Source: a virus
Reading direction: 5' to 3' (one strand)
Virus record (IMG/VR): IMGVR_UViG_3300027996_000023
Location: 6,910 to 70,909 of that record
Length of the DNA: 64,000 nucleotides
How positions within the stretch are numbered: the stretch's first letter is position 1; each line of letters begins with the position of its first letter. Below the pieces are notes generated by a model, which searched no databases, was not told the origin of the DNA, and was given only the letters and a program-made list of their open reading frames with translations. Positions 19,586 to 28,650 of this stretch are shown piece after piece. The translations under genes and the position numbers were made by a program.

Positions 19586-21408
19586 TATACAACATTATTT
19601 ACTTTTAACAAATCTAATCTCCTATATAACTCCCTAATGGATTCTTTATCGATCTGATCAGGCAACTTCTCGTCCTCGCTAACCTGCCCTACAACACTCT
19701 CTACCTTATCCTCGACCAACGCATACTTAGCATGAATCAATTGTTTAGCTACAGATACCGCATTCTTCAAGGCAGATATGCACACCAGCGTAGGATCTAT
19801 TATCCCTTCAGTAAACATATCTCCAATTAATTCTCCTCTGGCATCCCATCCCATCCACAAATCTTTACCCAGCTTCGGGTGCAAATGCAATAACTGAGAT
19901 ATATCCCCCATAACTGTAGTCTTATCCTTGCCCGTATAATTTCCTATAACATAATAAGCTGGAATCCCTGCAGCCAACAAAACCATACTATACCCACTAT
20001 AATAGCTATCCATAACCCTAGTGCCTTGCACCATTTCATTCCTAAACTTACTCAACTGATGCAAAGCACTCCAATAAGCACGACCAGCTCCAGGTACAAC
20101 ACCCCCCTTTAAAGCAGTAAAGCATGCTTGTGACGTATCATCAACAGCATGCTCAATCCTATGCGCCTCTGTATCAGAATCCGCACCAACATAAACCACC
20201 CCAATTCCACTACTTAAAGCTGCAATACGCTGCTCTAAAAAAGCTATCTCCCCTTCCTTCTTAGAATCCTTAATCTCCCTCTCCAGCACCCTAATCCTAT
20301 AAACACTATCATAGTCCGAATTAGGCACTATACTACACTGGTTAAGGCTCACTATACATCTACGAGCACTACCAAACTCTTTCCAAGTCTCATCCGCATC
20401 CATTTCATCTTCCATAAAGTCTTGGCCAAAAGAATCTTTTATTGGCTTTCCCCTAGAAGTCAAATACACTTGATGTGTCTGCGTCATGTCAGCCAAGTCA
20501 CTCATTATATCCCAACCTTGATTGCCGCCAAAAGGTGGCTGAACTACATAAACAGGATGCTTCTCCGCATTAGCAGAGATAAAAGACCTTGCTCCTCCTG
20601 TCAATCCTGTAGTAACAATAACCAAAGGACGTATATTCCCATTCTCCCCTCTAAGCTCATTAGAACTCAACCACGCATCAATAACAGGAATAATCTCCAT
20701 ATCATGCTCGAAGTGATCTGCATTCATTATAAACAAAGGGTTCTCCAATACTACCTCCCCCTCCATCTTGTCCTTCAAGTGCTGTCTACCCAACAGCACC
20801 GTATCAAATGTATAACCAGGCAACCTATCACAATAAGTAGTATGCCCCAAATTCCTCTTTATAGTAACCCGACCATGAATACCTACATCATACACTAGAT
20901 CACTAACCATCCCAGCTATATTCTCATCCCCATTACAGGCAATCATAGCAACATGCCTTAAAGCATCCTTATCTATATTCCCACTATCTCCCACTATCTT
21001 GCGGCTACTACCCTCTAAATGGTCTATAATATCCTTAACAGCACCATCCATGCCACTCAAAAAGTCCCTCTTATCAAAACCACCATTCTTGTATGTCTCA
21101 TTCCAAAGCCCATAAATAGCAGACAACAAACACACCGTTGTTGTCGTACCATCACCAACTTCCTTAACAGTCCTGTTTGCCGCATCAATTATCATCCTTG
21201 CTATCAACTGGTCCAAACTCCCCCTAGGAGCAATATGCCTACTAACAGTAACCCCATCCTTGGTAGCCATAGCACCAAAGGTAGATTGTATCAATATAAC
21301 AGCACCCCCTGGCCCCATTGTAGATGTAATAATATCAGAATAGCGCCCTATTAAAGATGCTATCAAATCCCCACTCTTAGAAACGTCTATATGTTTACTA
21401 TGTCCCAT
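19585..21408 (-). CDS. groEL: GroEL-like chaperonin (Cpn60)
   Basis: TMGPGG, TKDGVTV, EVGDGTTT, RIAALSSGIGVVYVGA, GGVVPGAG, GIIDPTLV, ALKNAVSVA. Confidence 0.93.
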   Translation of the reverse strand: MGHSKHIDVSKSGDLIASLIGRYSDIITSTMGPGGAVILIQSTFGAMATKDGVTVSRHIAPRGSLDQLIARMIIDAANRTVKEVGDGTTTTVCLLSAIYGLWNETYKNGGFDKRDFLSGMDGAVKDIIDHLEGSSRKIVGDSGNIDKDALRHVAMIACNGDENIAGMVSDLVYDVGIHGRVTIKRNLGHTTYCDRLPGYTFDTVLLGRQHLKDKMEGEVVLENPLFIMNADHFEHDMEIIPVIDAWLSSNELRGENGNIRPLVIVTTGLTGGARSFISANAEKHPVYVVQPPFGGNQGWDIMSDLADMTQTHQVYLTSRGKPIKDSFGQDFMEDEMDADETWKEFGSARRCIVSLNQCSIVPNSDYDSVYRIRVLEREIKDSKKEGEIAFLEQRIAALSSGIGVVYVGADSDTEAHRIEHAVDDTSQACFTALKGGVVPGAGRAYWSALHQLSKFRNEMVQGTRVMDSYYSGYSMVLLAAGIPAYYVIGNYTGKDKTTVMGDISQLLHLHPKLGKDLWMGWDARGELIGDMFTEGIIDPTLVCISALKNAVSVAKQLIHAKYALVEDKVESVVGQVSEDEKLPDQIDKESIRELYRRLDLLKVNNVV

Positions 21409-21779
21409 TACCTTCTTTTTTGTTGTTGTTTATATAATTTTTCACACTCTAACTGTTTCTCCCGTACCATCGCATAAAAGAAATCCGGATTCTCCACCAT
21501 CGATTTATTCATGTCCACAATCCCACTTGCCCTCTGATCATTAACATGTATAGACACCTTGTAGTTATGCCTATCCACGTAAATAGACAAAAAATCCGAT
21601 TGATACCCCCTAATCAACTGCAAGGCCGAACCCCTATCAGGAAGTCGAGTCTTGTATATATTATCATCCTTCCCTAAATAAAACTTACTCTTCTCTCTGG
21701 TTAGCCACTCCTCAATCTCCTTAATGTTTTCCTTTAAGGTCATGGTTTCACCACTAATACGTTTTTTACTTAATGCCAT
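21408..21779 (-). CDS. hypothetical protein
   Basis: 123-aa ORF coupled to groEL. Confidence 0.6.
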   Translation of the reverse strand: MALSKKRISGETMTLKENIKEIEEWLTREKSKFYLGKDDNIYKTRLPDRGSALQLIRGYQSDFLSIYVDRHNYKVSIHVNDQRASGIVDMNKSMVENPDFFYAMVREKQLECEKLYKQQQKRR

Positions 21780-21786
21780 TGCTCTG

Positions 21787-21818
21787 CAAATTTAATATTA
21801 TAAAATAATTCTATCCAA
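21787..21818 (-). promoter_or_regulatory. Bacteroidota-type promoter for the chaperonin/packaging operon
   Basis: Minus strand TTG-N21-TAAATTTG just upstream of ATG 21779. Confidence 0.5.
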
Positions 21819-22260
21819 TCCTTGACATATATTCCAATATACGCAAGAACTCATCAAGCTTGCTCTGCTGATGTATATAACCATCCTTTGGTATATTTAC
21901 CCCATAAAACTTCAAATCCATCCCAAACTTATGCTTACCAATCTTTACCACCTTTATCCACTCCACCCCATAAGTCATAAACCTCTCATCCCCCCAATAC
22001 CTGTTCTCGTAAAAATTCTTAAACCTAATGTCCAAATAAACCCTCTTGTTCCTACGTATCTTAAACCAAACCAAACGCTTTTCCTTCTCTATGCCATAAG
22101 AACTCCAGCCAAACCTCTCCACCATCATCTCCAAGAACTCCCTGTAAGCCTTTATCCTAAACTTCCTCGGCCTTCCCATAACCATATGTTTTACTCTTCC
22201 GCTTTTTGTGATAAAAAGGCCCATCCCCACTATAGAATGGGCCAGAACTGATAAAAGCAC
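21811..22260 (-). CDS. hypothetical protein
   Basis: 149-aa ORF in a minus-strand run. Confidence 0.55.
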   Translation of the reverse strand: MLLSVLAHSIVGMGLFITKSGRVKHMVMGRPRKFRIKAYREFLEMMVERFGWSSYGIEKEKRLVWFKIRRNKRVYLDIRFKNFYENRYWGDERFMTYGVEWIKVVKIGKHKFGMDLKFYGVNIPKDGYIHQQSKLDEFLRILEYMSRIG

Positions 22261-22266
22261 TAATAT

Positions 22267-22455
22267 TCATCTACCAACTACCTTGCTGGTATATATTATC
22301 TTCAACTTAACCAAAGCAGCATCAAAAGCCTCCTCTGGACTCTGCTTACCCTTTATAGTAAAAGACATAGGGGCACCCCTACCTGTTACCAATACCCGGC
22401 ACAGCCAAGTTCCCTTATGCTCCTTTACCTTTAAATCCAACTCCATAACGCTCAA
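22267..22455 (-). CDS. hypothetical protein
   Basis: 62-aa ORF. Confidence 0.5.
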   Translation of the reverse strand: MSVMELDLKVKEHKGTWLCRVLVTGRGAPMSFTIKGKQSPEEAFDAALVKLKIIYTSKVVGR

Positions 22456-22467
22456 CCATCTAAATCA

Positions 22468-22566
22468 TCAATAACCCTTGTTCTTCTTCTTAGAGCCAGT
22501 AGTACCCAATACCACTCGCTTCTTCTTTTTAATAGGCTTTTTCTTTACCTTTCGCTTCTTTGCCAT
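22468..22566 (-). CDS. very basic 32-aa peptide
   Basis: MAKKRKVKKKPIKKKKRVVLGTTGSKKKNKGY from ATG 22566 with an A/T-rich leader; more plausible than the 22680 start. Confidence 0.5.
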   Translation of the reverse strand: MAKKRKVKKKPIKKKKRVVLGTTGSKKKNKGY

Positions 22567-22696
22567 AATAATTGATTTATACTTGAAAAAATTGCAGAGG
22601 ACTTGGTAAGAACTTTTTCTAACTTGCGAACTTAGCGTGTTTACAAATATACTTTTCCCATAATTGCCCCTGCATGTCATTATAAAGTTAATACTT

Positions 22697-22963
22697 TCAT
22701 ACGCTCATAGCAACTTTTATTATCTTTTTATCCAAACACTCATCCCTCCAGCCACTCAGTATATCCCTAGCCCTTCCAACATCCCTAAAGTCCACATACC
22801 CTCCACCATCCAAATTAGTAGCCACTACCCAATACACCACATTACTGTCTTTAAGGTCCTGTATCTTTATCATCGGCAAGTAATAACATTCAACATTAAC
22901 AAGATCAACCTCGCTAACATCCACCAACTCCTCCCGTATATCTTCTTGCTCTTGCTCAATCAT
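22697..22963 (-). CDS. hypothetical protein
   Basis: 88-aa ORF with ATGA overlap. Confidence 0.55.
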   Translation of the reverse strand: MIEQEQEDIREELVDVSEVDLVNVECYYLPMIKIQDLKDSNVVYWVVATNLDGGGYVDFRDVGRARDILSGWRDECLDKKIIKVAMSV

Positions 22964-23361
22964 CCTATATACCCTAAACCCTTCAAAGTCTTACGCAAGC
23001 TTGCCTTAGCAGATACCATGCGCTCATCTTCACAAAGATAAATAATATCGTTACGATCCAACTCATTCATGTAAAACACTCTGTCAATAGCCTTGAACGG
23101 AGCTGGCTGCATAGTGAACACGTAAGTCTTTTTGTCTTGAACTATCACACAGGGGAATCTAAAGAAGATAGAATTAAGAAAGTCCTGTATAGCAGCTATA
23201 ATCTTCTTTGCTATAGGCAAAACCTTCTCTATGATATCATCAGCCTGCTCTATGATCTCCACCACCTTGCGGCCGTTAACCTTCTTCGCAATAAGAACCT
23301 TTCCATTTTCAAGAAGAACTCCCCCAATGGAATCATCCTTCGTTGCTACATACTTTTTCAT
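22960..23361 (-). CDS. hypothetical protein
   Basis: 133-aa ORF. Confidence 0.6.
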   Translation of the reverse strand: MKKYVATKDDSIGGVLLENGKVLIAKKVNGRKVVEIIEQADDIIEKVLPIAKKIIAAIQDFLNSIFFRFPCVIVQDKKTYVFTMQPAPFKAIDRVFYMNELDRNDIIYLCEDERMVSAKASLRKTLKGLGYIG

Positions 23362-23477
23362 AATATATATTTAAGTTATTAAATTCTATCTGTATAATAA
23401 ATACCCTCGATAGTGTTCTCCACTACTACTGGGCCTAACAGCTTCGCTAGGGGGATAATCCCTACGCTCCATTTTCA

Positions 23478-23990
23478 TCACAATATCTTTAAAATCTTAA
23501 CCCTCTTAATAATACGTTTCCTAGTCTTGTACTTATTACTCGGCTCGTCCCGATAACTACCATCCTCACAATCTTCACACAACTCCAATAAATCATAAGC
23601 ACCATGACCATAATGCAATACACCCCAGTCCTCAGCCTCCTCCCTGTCCTCAAAAGCAATATTATTAGCCCCCTTAAATGTCTCCCCCTCGTCAAGAACC
23701 TCCTGAGTAACCACCCCAGCTTTAGTTAATGCTATCTTCATGTTTCTTTTTTTTTCAATATTACCCAAATATACCCTAAGACTAAATAACTCTCTCTCTA
23801 ATGACAAAACCTGCAACATAACTATATCTATAAGCTTCTCCCTAGCAGCAGCATAAGTGCCAAACAACAACATACTGCCCACTACCTTGGAATAGCGCAT
23901 TCCCCCAGAATAAAAAAACAAACTGTCCTCGTAGTCTATAAACACATAGCTTATACTGTGACTACACAAGTTTAACATATACTTATTCAT
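23478..23990 (-). CDS. hypothetical protein
   Basis: 170-aa ORF. Confidence 0.5.
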   Translation of the reverse strand: MNKYMLNLCSHSISYVFIDYEDSLFFYSGGMRYSKVVGSMLLFGTYAAAREKLIDIVMLQVLSLERELFSLRVYLGNIEKKRNMKIALTKAGVVTQEVLDEGETFKGANNIAFEDREEAEDWGVLHYGHGAYDLLELCEDCEDGSYRDEPSNKYKTRKRIIKRVKILKIL

Positions 23991-23996
23991 AAGACA

Positions 23997-24233
23997 CTAC
24001 CTAAATAACCCCTTTAATGATGGCCACTGAAGAGGAGGTAGTTCTGGAAACTTAAATTCAAAACACTTATCAACCTCATCCCTCCCAGCCACATAAGGTG
24101 GACAAAACTCTTGCCAGCGTACCTTCAGCTTATTCGTAGTACACTGGATCCGTAATATCTCAAAAAAATCCCCCAAAAGCAAAGGTGCCCTGACCAACAT
24201 GGGATAACTAAACGACTCTTCTATATTTCTCAT
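23997..24233 (-). CDS. hypothetical protein
   Basis: 78-aa ORF with ATGA overlap. Confidence 0.5.
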   Translation of the reverse strand: MRNIEESFSYPMLVRAPLLLGDFFEILRIQCTTNKLKVRWQEFCPPYVAGRDEVDKCFEFKFPELPPLQWPSLKGLFR

Positions 24234-24511
24234 AATACATTATTTCGCTTCTTTAATAAATCCATCCCCACACTCTTCCTATACCCGTTCACAGCACTCA
24301 AAACAGCAGTAATACGAACCCTCCGCTTACTGTCTATAGTAGGACCTACTAACTTATCTACCGCATCCTTAGCACCCAATGCTATCACTACACTACCATA
24401 CACACCACAAGACAACGTTATCAACTTCTTACGCTTCATGTCATATACCCGACACTTAACACTTATGCGCCCTTCCTTAGTCCTATATAACCCTTTAGGT
24501 AAATCTCTCAT
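24230..24511 (-). CDS. possible AP2-like DNA-binding protein
   Basis: LPKGLY..KEGR...ITLSCGVY...A..A pattern resembles phage AP2 domains. Confidence 0.35.
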   Translation of the reverse strand: MRDLPKGLYRTKEGRISVKCRVYDMKRKKLITLSCGVYGSVVIALGAKDAVDKLVGPTIDSKRRVRITAVLSAVNGYRKSVGMDLLKKRNNVL

Positions 24512-24636
24512 AACTTATTTCTTAATCCCCAACTTGTGCATATTTTGCACAAGTTTAAAACAGAGGCAGATGGAGTCCTTCAAAAAATAACTTCCTTCCC
24601 AGTAAAGTAGTTTAATGCTCACCTGCCCCCTTATCT

Positions 24637-25221
24637 TTATATACACTCAAATGCCTTGCGTAACTTCCTAGCTTGATCTTCACTCAAATCCTCCTCCACA
24701 TACCCATCCGTAGTCCATACCCGTACAGTCTTTATTAACTTGCTCTGAAATAAAGCCAATTCCTTGCGCTTTCCAAATACACCCCCAAAGTATAATAAAA
24801 ACTTATTCTTACAGTTAAAATCTGAATCATGCTTCAACGTTAGCCGAACATCACCCTCAAGTAAGAAATTAACCTTCTGGTCCTCGCCTATACAAGACCC
24901 TGACCCAAATGCCCTAATACACAATATCAAAGAACTACTACCCTTGGTCATCATAAACGATAATCCATTCTCGGAATCGTCAGAACAAATAACCCTGCCT
25001 CGCATACTCCTAAATGACTTTCCAGAAACCTTGTCTACCGTTACCTTCATAACATTCTCGCAACTGTACTCAACAACCGATGTGCTGTCATCAACCAAGT
25101 ACTCCCACTTGCCATCATCCTTCAATAATACAACATCCCCCGACTCAGTAGTAGCCCTTAATTGTCCTTGACTTTCTGTAAATAGAAACATAACCAGAAT
25201 CATAACTAAATAATTTCTCAT
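24637..25221 (-). CDS. exported protein (signal peptide, DUF3157-like N-terminal motif)
   Basis: MRNYLVMILVMFLFTESQG signal peptide; ATTESGDVVLLKDDGKWEY. Confidence 0.6.
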   Translation of the reverse strand: MRNYLVMILVMFLFTESQGQLRATTESGDVVLLKDDGKWEYLVDDSTSVVEYSCENVMKVTVDKVSGKSFRSMRGRVICSDDSENGLSFMMTKGSSSLILCIRAFGSGSCIGEDQKVNFLLEGDVRLTLKHDSDFNCKNKFLLYFGGVFGKRKELALFQSKLIKTVRVWTTDGYVEEDLSEDQARKLRKAFECI

Positions 25222-25276
25222 AATAATTGTGCTTTTATAAATTAATAAATAAATAAACCCTCATATACACCTACGT

Positions 25277-25414
25277 TCATGGCAAGTCTATGTCGTCACG
25301 ACATATAACCCACCATACAAATATGAATGCCAAAACCAATAACGATAAACCCGTACCAATCAAAACCCAAAATAATAAAATACCCATAATAGCCATTGAT
25401 ATGTATTCATGCAT
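25277..25414 (-). CDS. 45-aa single-TM peptide (not in ORF track)
   Basis: MHEYISMAIMGILLFWVLIGTGLSLLVLAFIFVWWVICRDDIDLP; fills the intergenic gap. Confidence 0.4.
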   Translation of the reverse strand: MHEYISMAIMGILLFWVLIGTGLSLLVLAFIFVWWVICRDDIDLP

Positions 25415-25422
25415 AATAAACC

Positions 25423-25839
25423 CTATCCAGTTGATAATATCTTCTTAAAATAGCTCTGTACGTCCCTTATGGCATACGCACCCTTCGTGCTTACTTGAAA
25501 AACCCCTCCCCTCCTTGATGGGTGGGAGATGTTTACTATTAAACCCTCCTTGATTAATGCGCTGACCGTTGACTTAGCCTGTGATAAATTAATACCTATC
25601 TCTAATGCAATTATCTTGTTCGTTGGAATGTCATCTGAGTCCGATACAAATACTAATGTGTTGTAGCTGCTGGCGTTAATTCCATACTTGTCCTTAATGT
25701 ATTTATACGTGGTTATTACCCCTCGCATTACCTTATGGACCTCATGTTTTGTCAATAGCAACCACCTGTCTTTGGGTAATTCTGTTCCAAATGTGAATAA
25801 TTTATTGCCGCTTAATCTGTACTCAGGGCTATCTTCCAT
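25423..25839 (-). CDS. winged-helix (MarR-like) DNA-binding protein
   Basis: IIALEIGINLSQAKSTVSALIKEGLI...RRGGVFQVSTKG; first gene of the leftward unit. Confidence 0.6.
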   Translation of the reverse strand: MEDSPEYRLSGNKLFTFGTELPKDRWLLLTKHEVHKVMRGVITTYKYIKDKYGINASSYNTLVFVSDSDDIPTNKIIALEIGINLSQAKSTVSALIKEGLIVNISHPSRRGGVFQVSTKGAYAIRDVQSYFKKILSTG

Positions 25840-26199
25840 AACTTTTTACTGTAATTTATAAATTATCTTAATTTCTCTTCCACAACCTTGAAGTGCGTTT
25901 CTGGACTCTCAGGGCACTTTTTGAGTAAAAAATGGTGAAAATTTAGTGAAAAATCGTCCGATAATCTACAATATACGCATATAACAACTATTTTACTAAC
26001 ATTTCTGGTTATATTATTTTTTTGGTGTTTTGGAGCGTATTAGTGAATGGGTCAAGCTTATATAATATTTTTGGGGGCGGCTGAAACAAAAAGGAAACGC
26101 AATATTTTTTGGGGGTGGGGTCTCTTTTTTTTTTCTGTTTTTGTTTCTGAGTGCAGGTATATATATATCTACTTTCCTGTAATACGCTTACTTATATAT

Positions 26200-26227
26200 A
26201 AAGCCTATAATTTACATTATGTTAAGT
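26200..26227. other. dif-like XerC/XerD recombination site
   Basis: AAAGCCTATAA-TTTACA-TTATGTTAAGT: 11-6-11 layout; right arm 10/11 identical to XerD arm TTATGTTAAAT; left arm ends in ATAA. Confidence 0.7.
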
Positions 26228-26332
26228 AGACACTTAATAGATTGACTATCAATCACTTAGCAAATTCACTTTCAGCAAACTGTTTAGAAATGTAAGTTAG
26301 GACACTTTTTGCGGCAAAACGTTCTACCTATT

Positions 26333-26395
26333 TACACGTGTGTGCACGTGTGTGCGTGTGTGTGTGTGTGTACGTGTGTGCACGTGCACGTGTAT
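26333..26395. repeat. 63-bp perfectly alternating purine-pyrimidine tract (GT repeats plus CACGTG palindromes)
   Basis: TACACGTGTGTGCACGTGTGTGCGTGTGTGTGTGTGTGTACGTGTGTGCACGTGCACGTGTAT. Confidence 0.9.
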
Positions 26396-26626
26396 TTTTC
26401 ATTTAGGAATGTAATTTTTTTTAGCTGATAGGATTCTATCTGTACATTAACACAACGACCTATTTTTGTATTTTATGCCGTTTTAGTGGTTTTTTTCAAT
26501 AGATCTATAAAGTTTTAAATTTATTTTTAATTTATTTTTTAGCCTTGAAACCCTTTATATATCGAAGGTACAGCTATTATGCCTGACAAATAGATTTAAC
26601 TTTATAAAATCTTTTTTATTAAAACA

Positions 26627-26659
26627 TTTGTATTTATGGATTCTTTTGTCGTATATTTG
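26627..26659 (+). promoter_or_regulatory. Bacteroidota-type promoter starting the plus-strand accessory operon
   Basis: TTTG-N21-TATATTTG with AT-rich upstream sequence; followed by hairpin CAAGGATG...CATCCTTG (26666-26692). Confidence 0.75.
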
Positions 26660-26734
26660 TGGATACAAGGATGAGACGTACATAACATCCTTGCTACTAC
26701 CACATTTTTTTTTAATTCTTTAAACTAACTAACC

Positions 26735-26809
26735 ATGCTAATCTATTTAATTTTTGTGCTCGCAGTTGCTAAGATTTTCAAGGCTTATATCACTTCTATC
26801 TATTCTTAA
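26735..26809 (+). CDS. 24-aa hydrophobic peptide (not in ORF track)
   Basis: MLIYLIFVLAVAKIFKAYITSIYS, preceded by the phage's CTACCAC...TAAC leader. Confidence 0.35.
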   Translation: MLIYLIFVLAVAKIFKAYITSIYS

Positions 26810-26830
26810 AATCCTTTAAAAAATTAAAAC

Positions 26831-27052
26831 ATGCCATTTGAAAATTTAATGAATTCACTCAGTAAAGAACAAAAAACTGAGGTTCTTGAAAATGCCGCCC
26901 TATATGAATATATATTTTTTGATATTAGCGTTGGTGCTGCTATTACATTAGAGTTTTTAGACGACTTTCCAGAATTTGAGGAAAACGGGTATAGCTGTGT
27001 TTTGTATGCAGAAGAGTGTTTCAATTTTCTATACGCTGAGAAGTTTATCTAA
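26831..27052 (+). CDS. small acidic hypothetical protein
   Basis: 73 aa; stop abuts tRNA-like repeat 1. Confidence 0.65.
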   Translation: MPFENLMNSLSKEQKTEVLENAALYEYIFFDISVGAAITLEFLDDFPEFEENGYSCVLYAEECFNFLYAEKFI

Positions 27053-27060
27053 AAAAGGTT

Positions 27061-27119
27061 AGTTGTAAGAAAAAAGGTTCTGAGATTCTTTCTTGTGGGT
27101 TCGACTCCCACTACAGCTA
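27061..27119 (+). ncRNA. tRNA-like intergenic element, copy 1
   Basis: AGTTGTA/TACAGCT acceptor (one G-U), AGAA-AAAAGG-TTCT D-like arm, short GAGA/TCTT arm, GTGGG-TTCGACT-CCCAC T-arm. Confidence 0.75.
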
Positions 27120-27156
27120 CTAAAAATATTTTACCACAATTTTAAATAAGCTAACT

Positions 27157-27426
27157 ATGAAAATTACAATGCACAGCACGAAATTAGAAAAAAATCCAAA
27201 CACAAAAACAACGTATCTAAAAGGTGAAACCATAAAAAAGGAAATCACAAAAGAACAGTATCACAATATTACTAATGATAGCACCCTCAAAGCATTTCGA
27301 AGGTTTGGGGGTTTTGAATATGCCGTAAGAAGTTACACTTGTAACGGATACAACGTTACAAGATTAACCTCCACAAGTCCAGACAAGCAAACAAAGCACA
27401 TAAGAGAATTTTCGTTCGAGTGCTAA
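27157..27426 (+). CDS. hypothetical protein (array gene)
   Basis: 89 aa between repeats 1 and 2. Confidence 0.75.
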   Translation: MKITMHSTKLEKNPNTKTTYLKGETIKKEITKEQYHNITNDSTLKAFRRFGGFEYAVRSYTCNGYNVTRLTSTSPDKQTKHIREFSFEC

Positions 27427-27434
27427 AAAAGATT

Positions 27435-27494
27435 AGTTGTAAGAAAAAAAGGTTCTGAGATTTTATCTTGTGGGTTCGACTCCCACTACAGCTA
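27435..27494 (+). ncRNA. tRNA-like intergenic element, copy 2
   Basis: Same fold as copy 1; one extra A in the D-like loop. Confidence 0.75.
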
Positions 27495-27534
27495 CTAAAA
27501 ATATTTTTCTACCACTTTAAAAAATCTAACTGTT

Positions 27535-27807
27535 ATGATTTTTCCCTCTGAAATGTCAATTTATTTTGACAAGTATAATGCTAAAACGGCTGAGTTCTTT
27601 GCACTTCCTTTTTACTGCAAAAATGAGTATTATTTTACTTTGGATTTTTGGTTGGGTAACGACCAAGAACAAATCGAAGGAATAATATATAAGAAAAAAG
27701 GTTTTTTAATTATAGAACCTAATAATGATATTTTATATTTTTCAGAACCTCAGCAAGCAAGCATTTTAGATTTTATTAAATCATCTTTCCTAAAATCTAA
27801 AAAATGA
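27535..27807 (+). CDS. hypothetical protein
   Basis: 90 aa after repeat 2. Confidence 0.65.
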   Translation: MIFPSEMSIYFDKYNAKTAEFFALPFYCKNEYYFTLDFWLGNDQEQIEGIIYKKKGFLIIEPNNDILYFSEPQQASILDFIKSSFLKSKK

Positions 27808-28187
27808 AAAAATTTACAATTCGTAGACATTTGAGCAAAGGTCAATATTTTGGTTTCTTTCAAGTCAGAGGATATATAACAGACAGTAAACAAGGAGAAG
27901 TCCTTTTTTATGTCAATCCAGAAACTCAAAACCTTGTTATGCAAGATTGTATTTTACATAACAAGGTTAACCAAAGTATAAAAATTTTTGAAGGCCAAAA
28001 TAAAAGGCCTTGTGCCTACATTATTTGCGGCAAAGTTGAAGTAAAAGACGCCACAAGGGTTGAGGGTATAAAAGTATCTTATAACCCGAAAAAAAGTCCA
28101 AATTGGACTATAAATAACAAGCCGTCAAATTTTGCGAAGGTCAATAAAATTGAAACATTTGGGACTAAACTTTTTGGGCTCAGTTAA
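27804..28187 (+). CDS. hypothetical protein
   Basis: 127 aa, ATGA overlap. Confidence 0.7.
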   Translation: MKKFTIRRHLSKGQYFGFFQVRGYITDSKQGEVLFYVNPETQNLVMQDCILHNKVNQSIKIFEGQNKRPCAYIICGKVEVKDATRVEGIKVSYNPKKSPNWTINNKPSNFAKVNKIETFGTKLFGLS

Positions 28188-28200
28188 AAAAAATCTAAAA

Positions 28201-28425
28201 ATGTACATTAACAAAAAATTTGAAGATAGAGATTATATATTTTGTCTTGTCTCTATAGCCTTATACAATTTGCCTAATAATGATAGCTCAGATTTTGAGC
28301 TATACAAACAAGCAAAAAAAATAGCTGAGCAGCTATTTAACGACTACAGAAAAGACAAAATAAATACAATAGGGTTCGATGATTCGGACACAATTTTAAT
28401 TTATACAAAAAATTACAAAAAATGA
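28201..28425 (+). CDS. hypothetical protein
   Basis: ATG 28201 (MYINKKF) preferred over TTG 28132. Confidence 0.6.
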   Translation: MYINKKFEDRDYIFCLVSIALYNLPNNDSSDFELYKQAKKIAEQLFNDYRKDKINTIGFDDSDTILIYTKNYKK

Positions 28426-28628
28426 CAAACTTAGAAAAAATTGAGTCTCTATTCATAGGAGATTCTATAATAGACCTAAATGGCAAACAGATTGAAAAAA
28501 TGAAGGAAAATGTATATTATATACATTGTACTTCGAGCGGTTGGAAAACTGCCACAGTTACAAAAACGGAGTTGATTGAAGTTTTTGTGACAGGAAAAAA
28601 AGACTTGCTGAGTCTTATTTGGGAGTGA
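28422..28628 (+). CDS. hypothetical protein
   Basis: 68 aa, ATGA overlap. Confidence 0.65.
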   Translation: MTNLEKIESLFIGDSIIDLNGKQIEKMKENVYYIHCTSSGWKTATVTKTELIEVFVTGKKDLLSLIWE

Positions 28629-28650
28629 TTTTTTTCAACTCCATAGAAAA

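Noticed and set aside
17134-25171. Many 100-160 aa plus-strand ORFs rich in P/H/L/I
   Set aside because: By-products of the G-poor plus strand opposite real minus-strand genes
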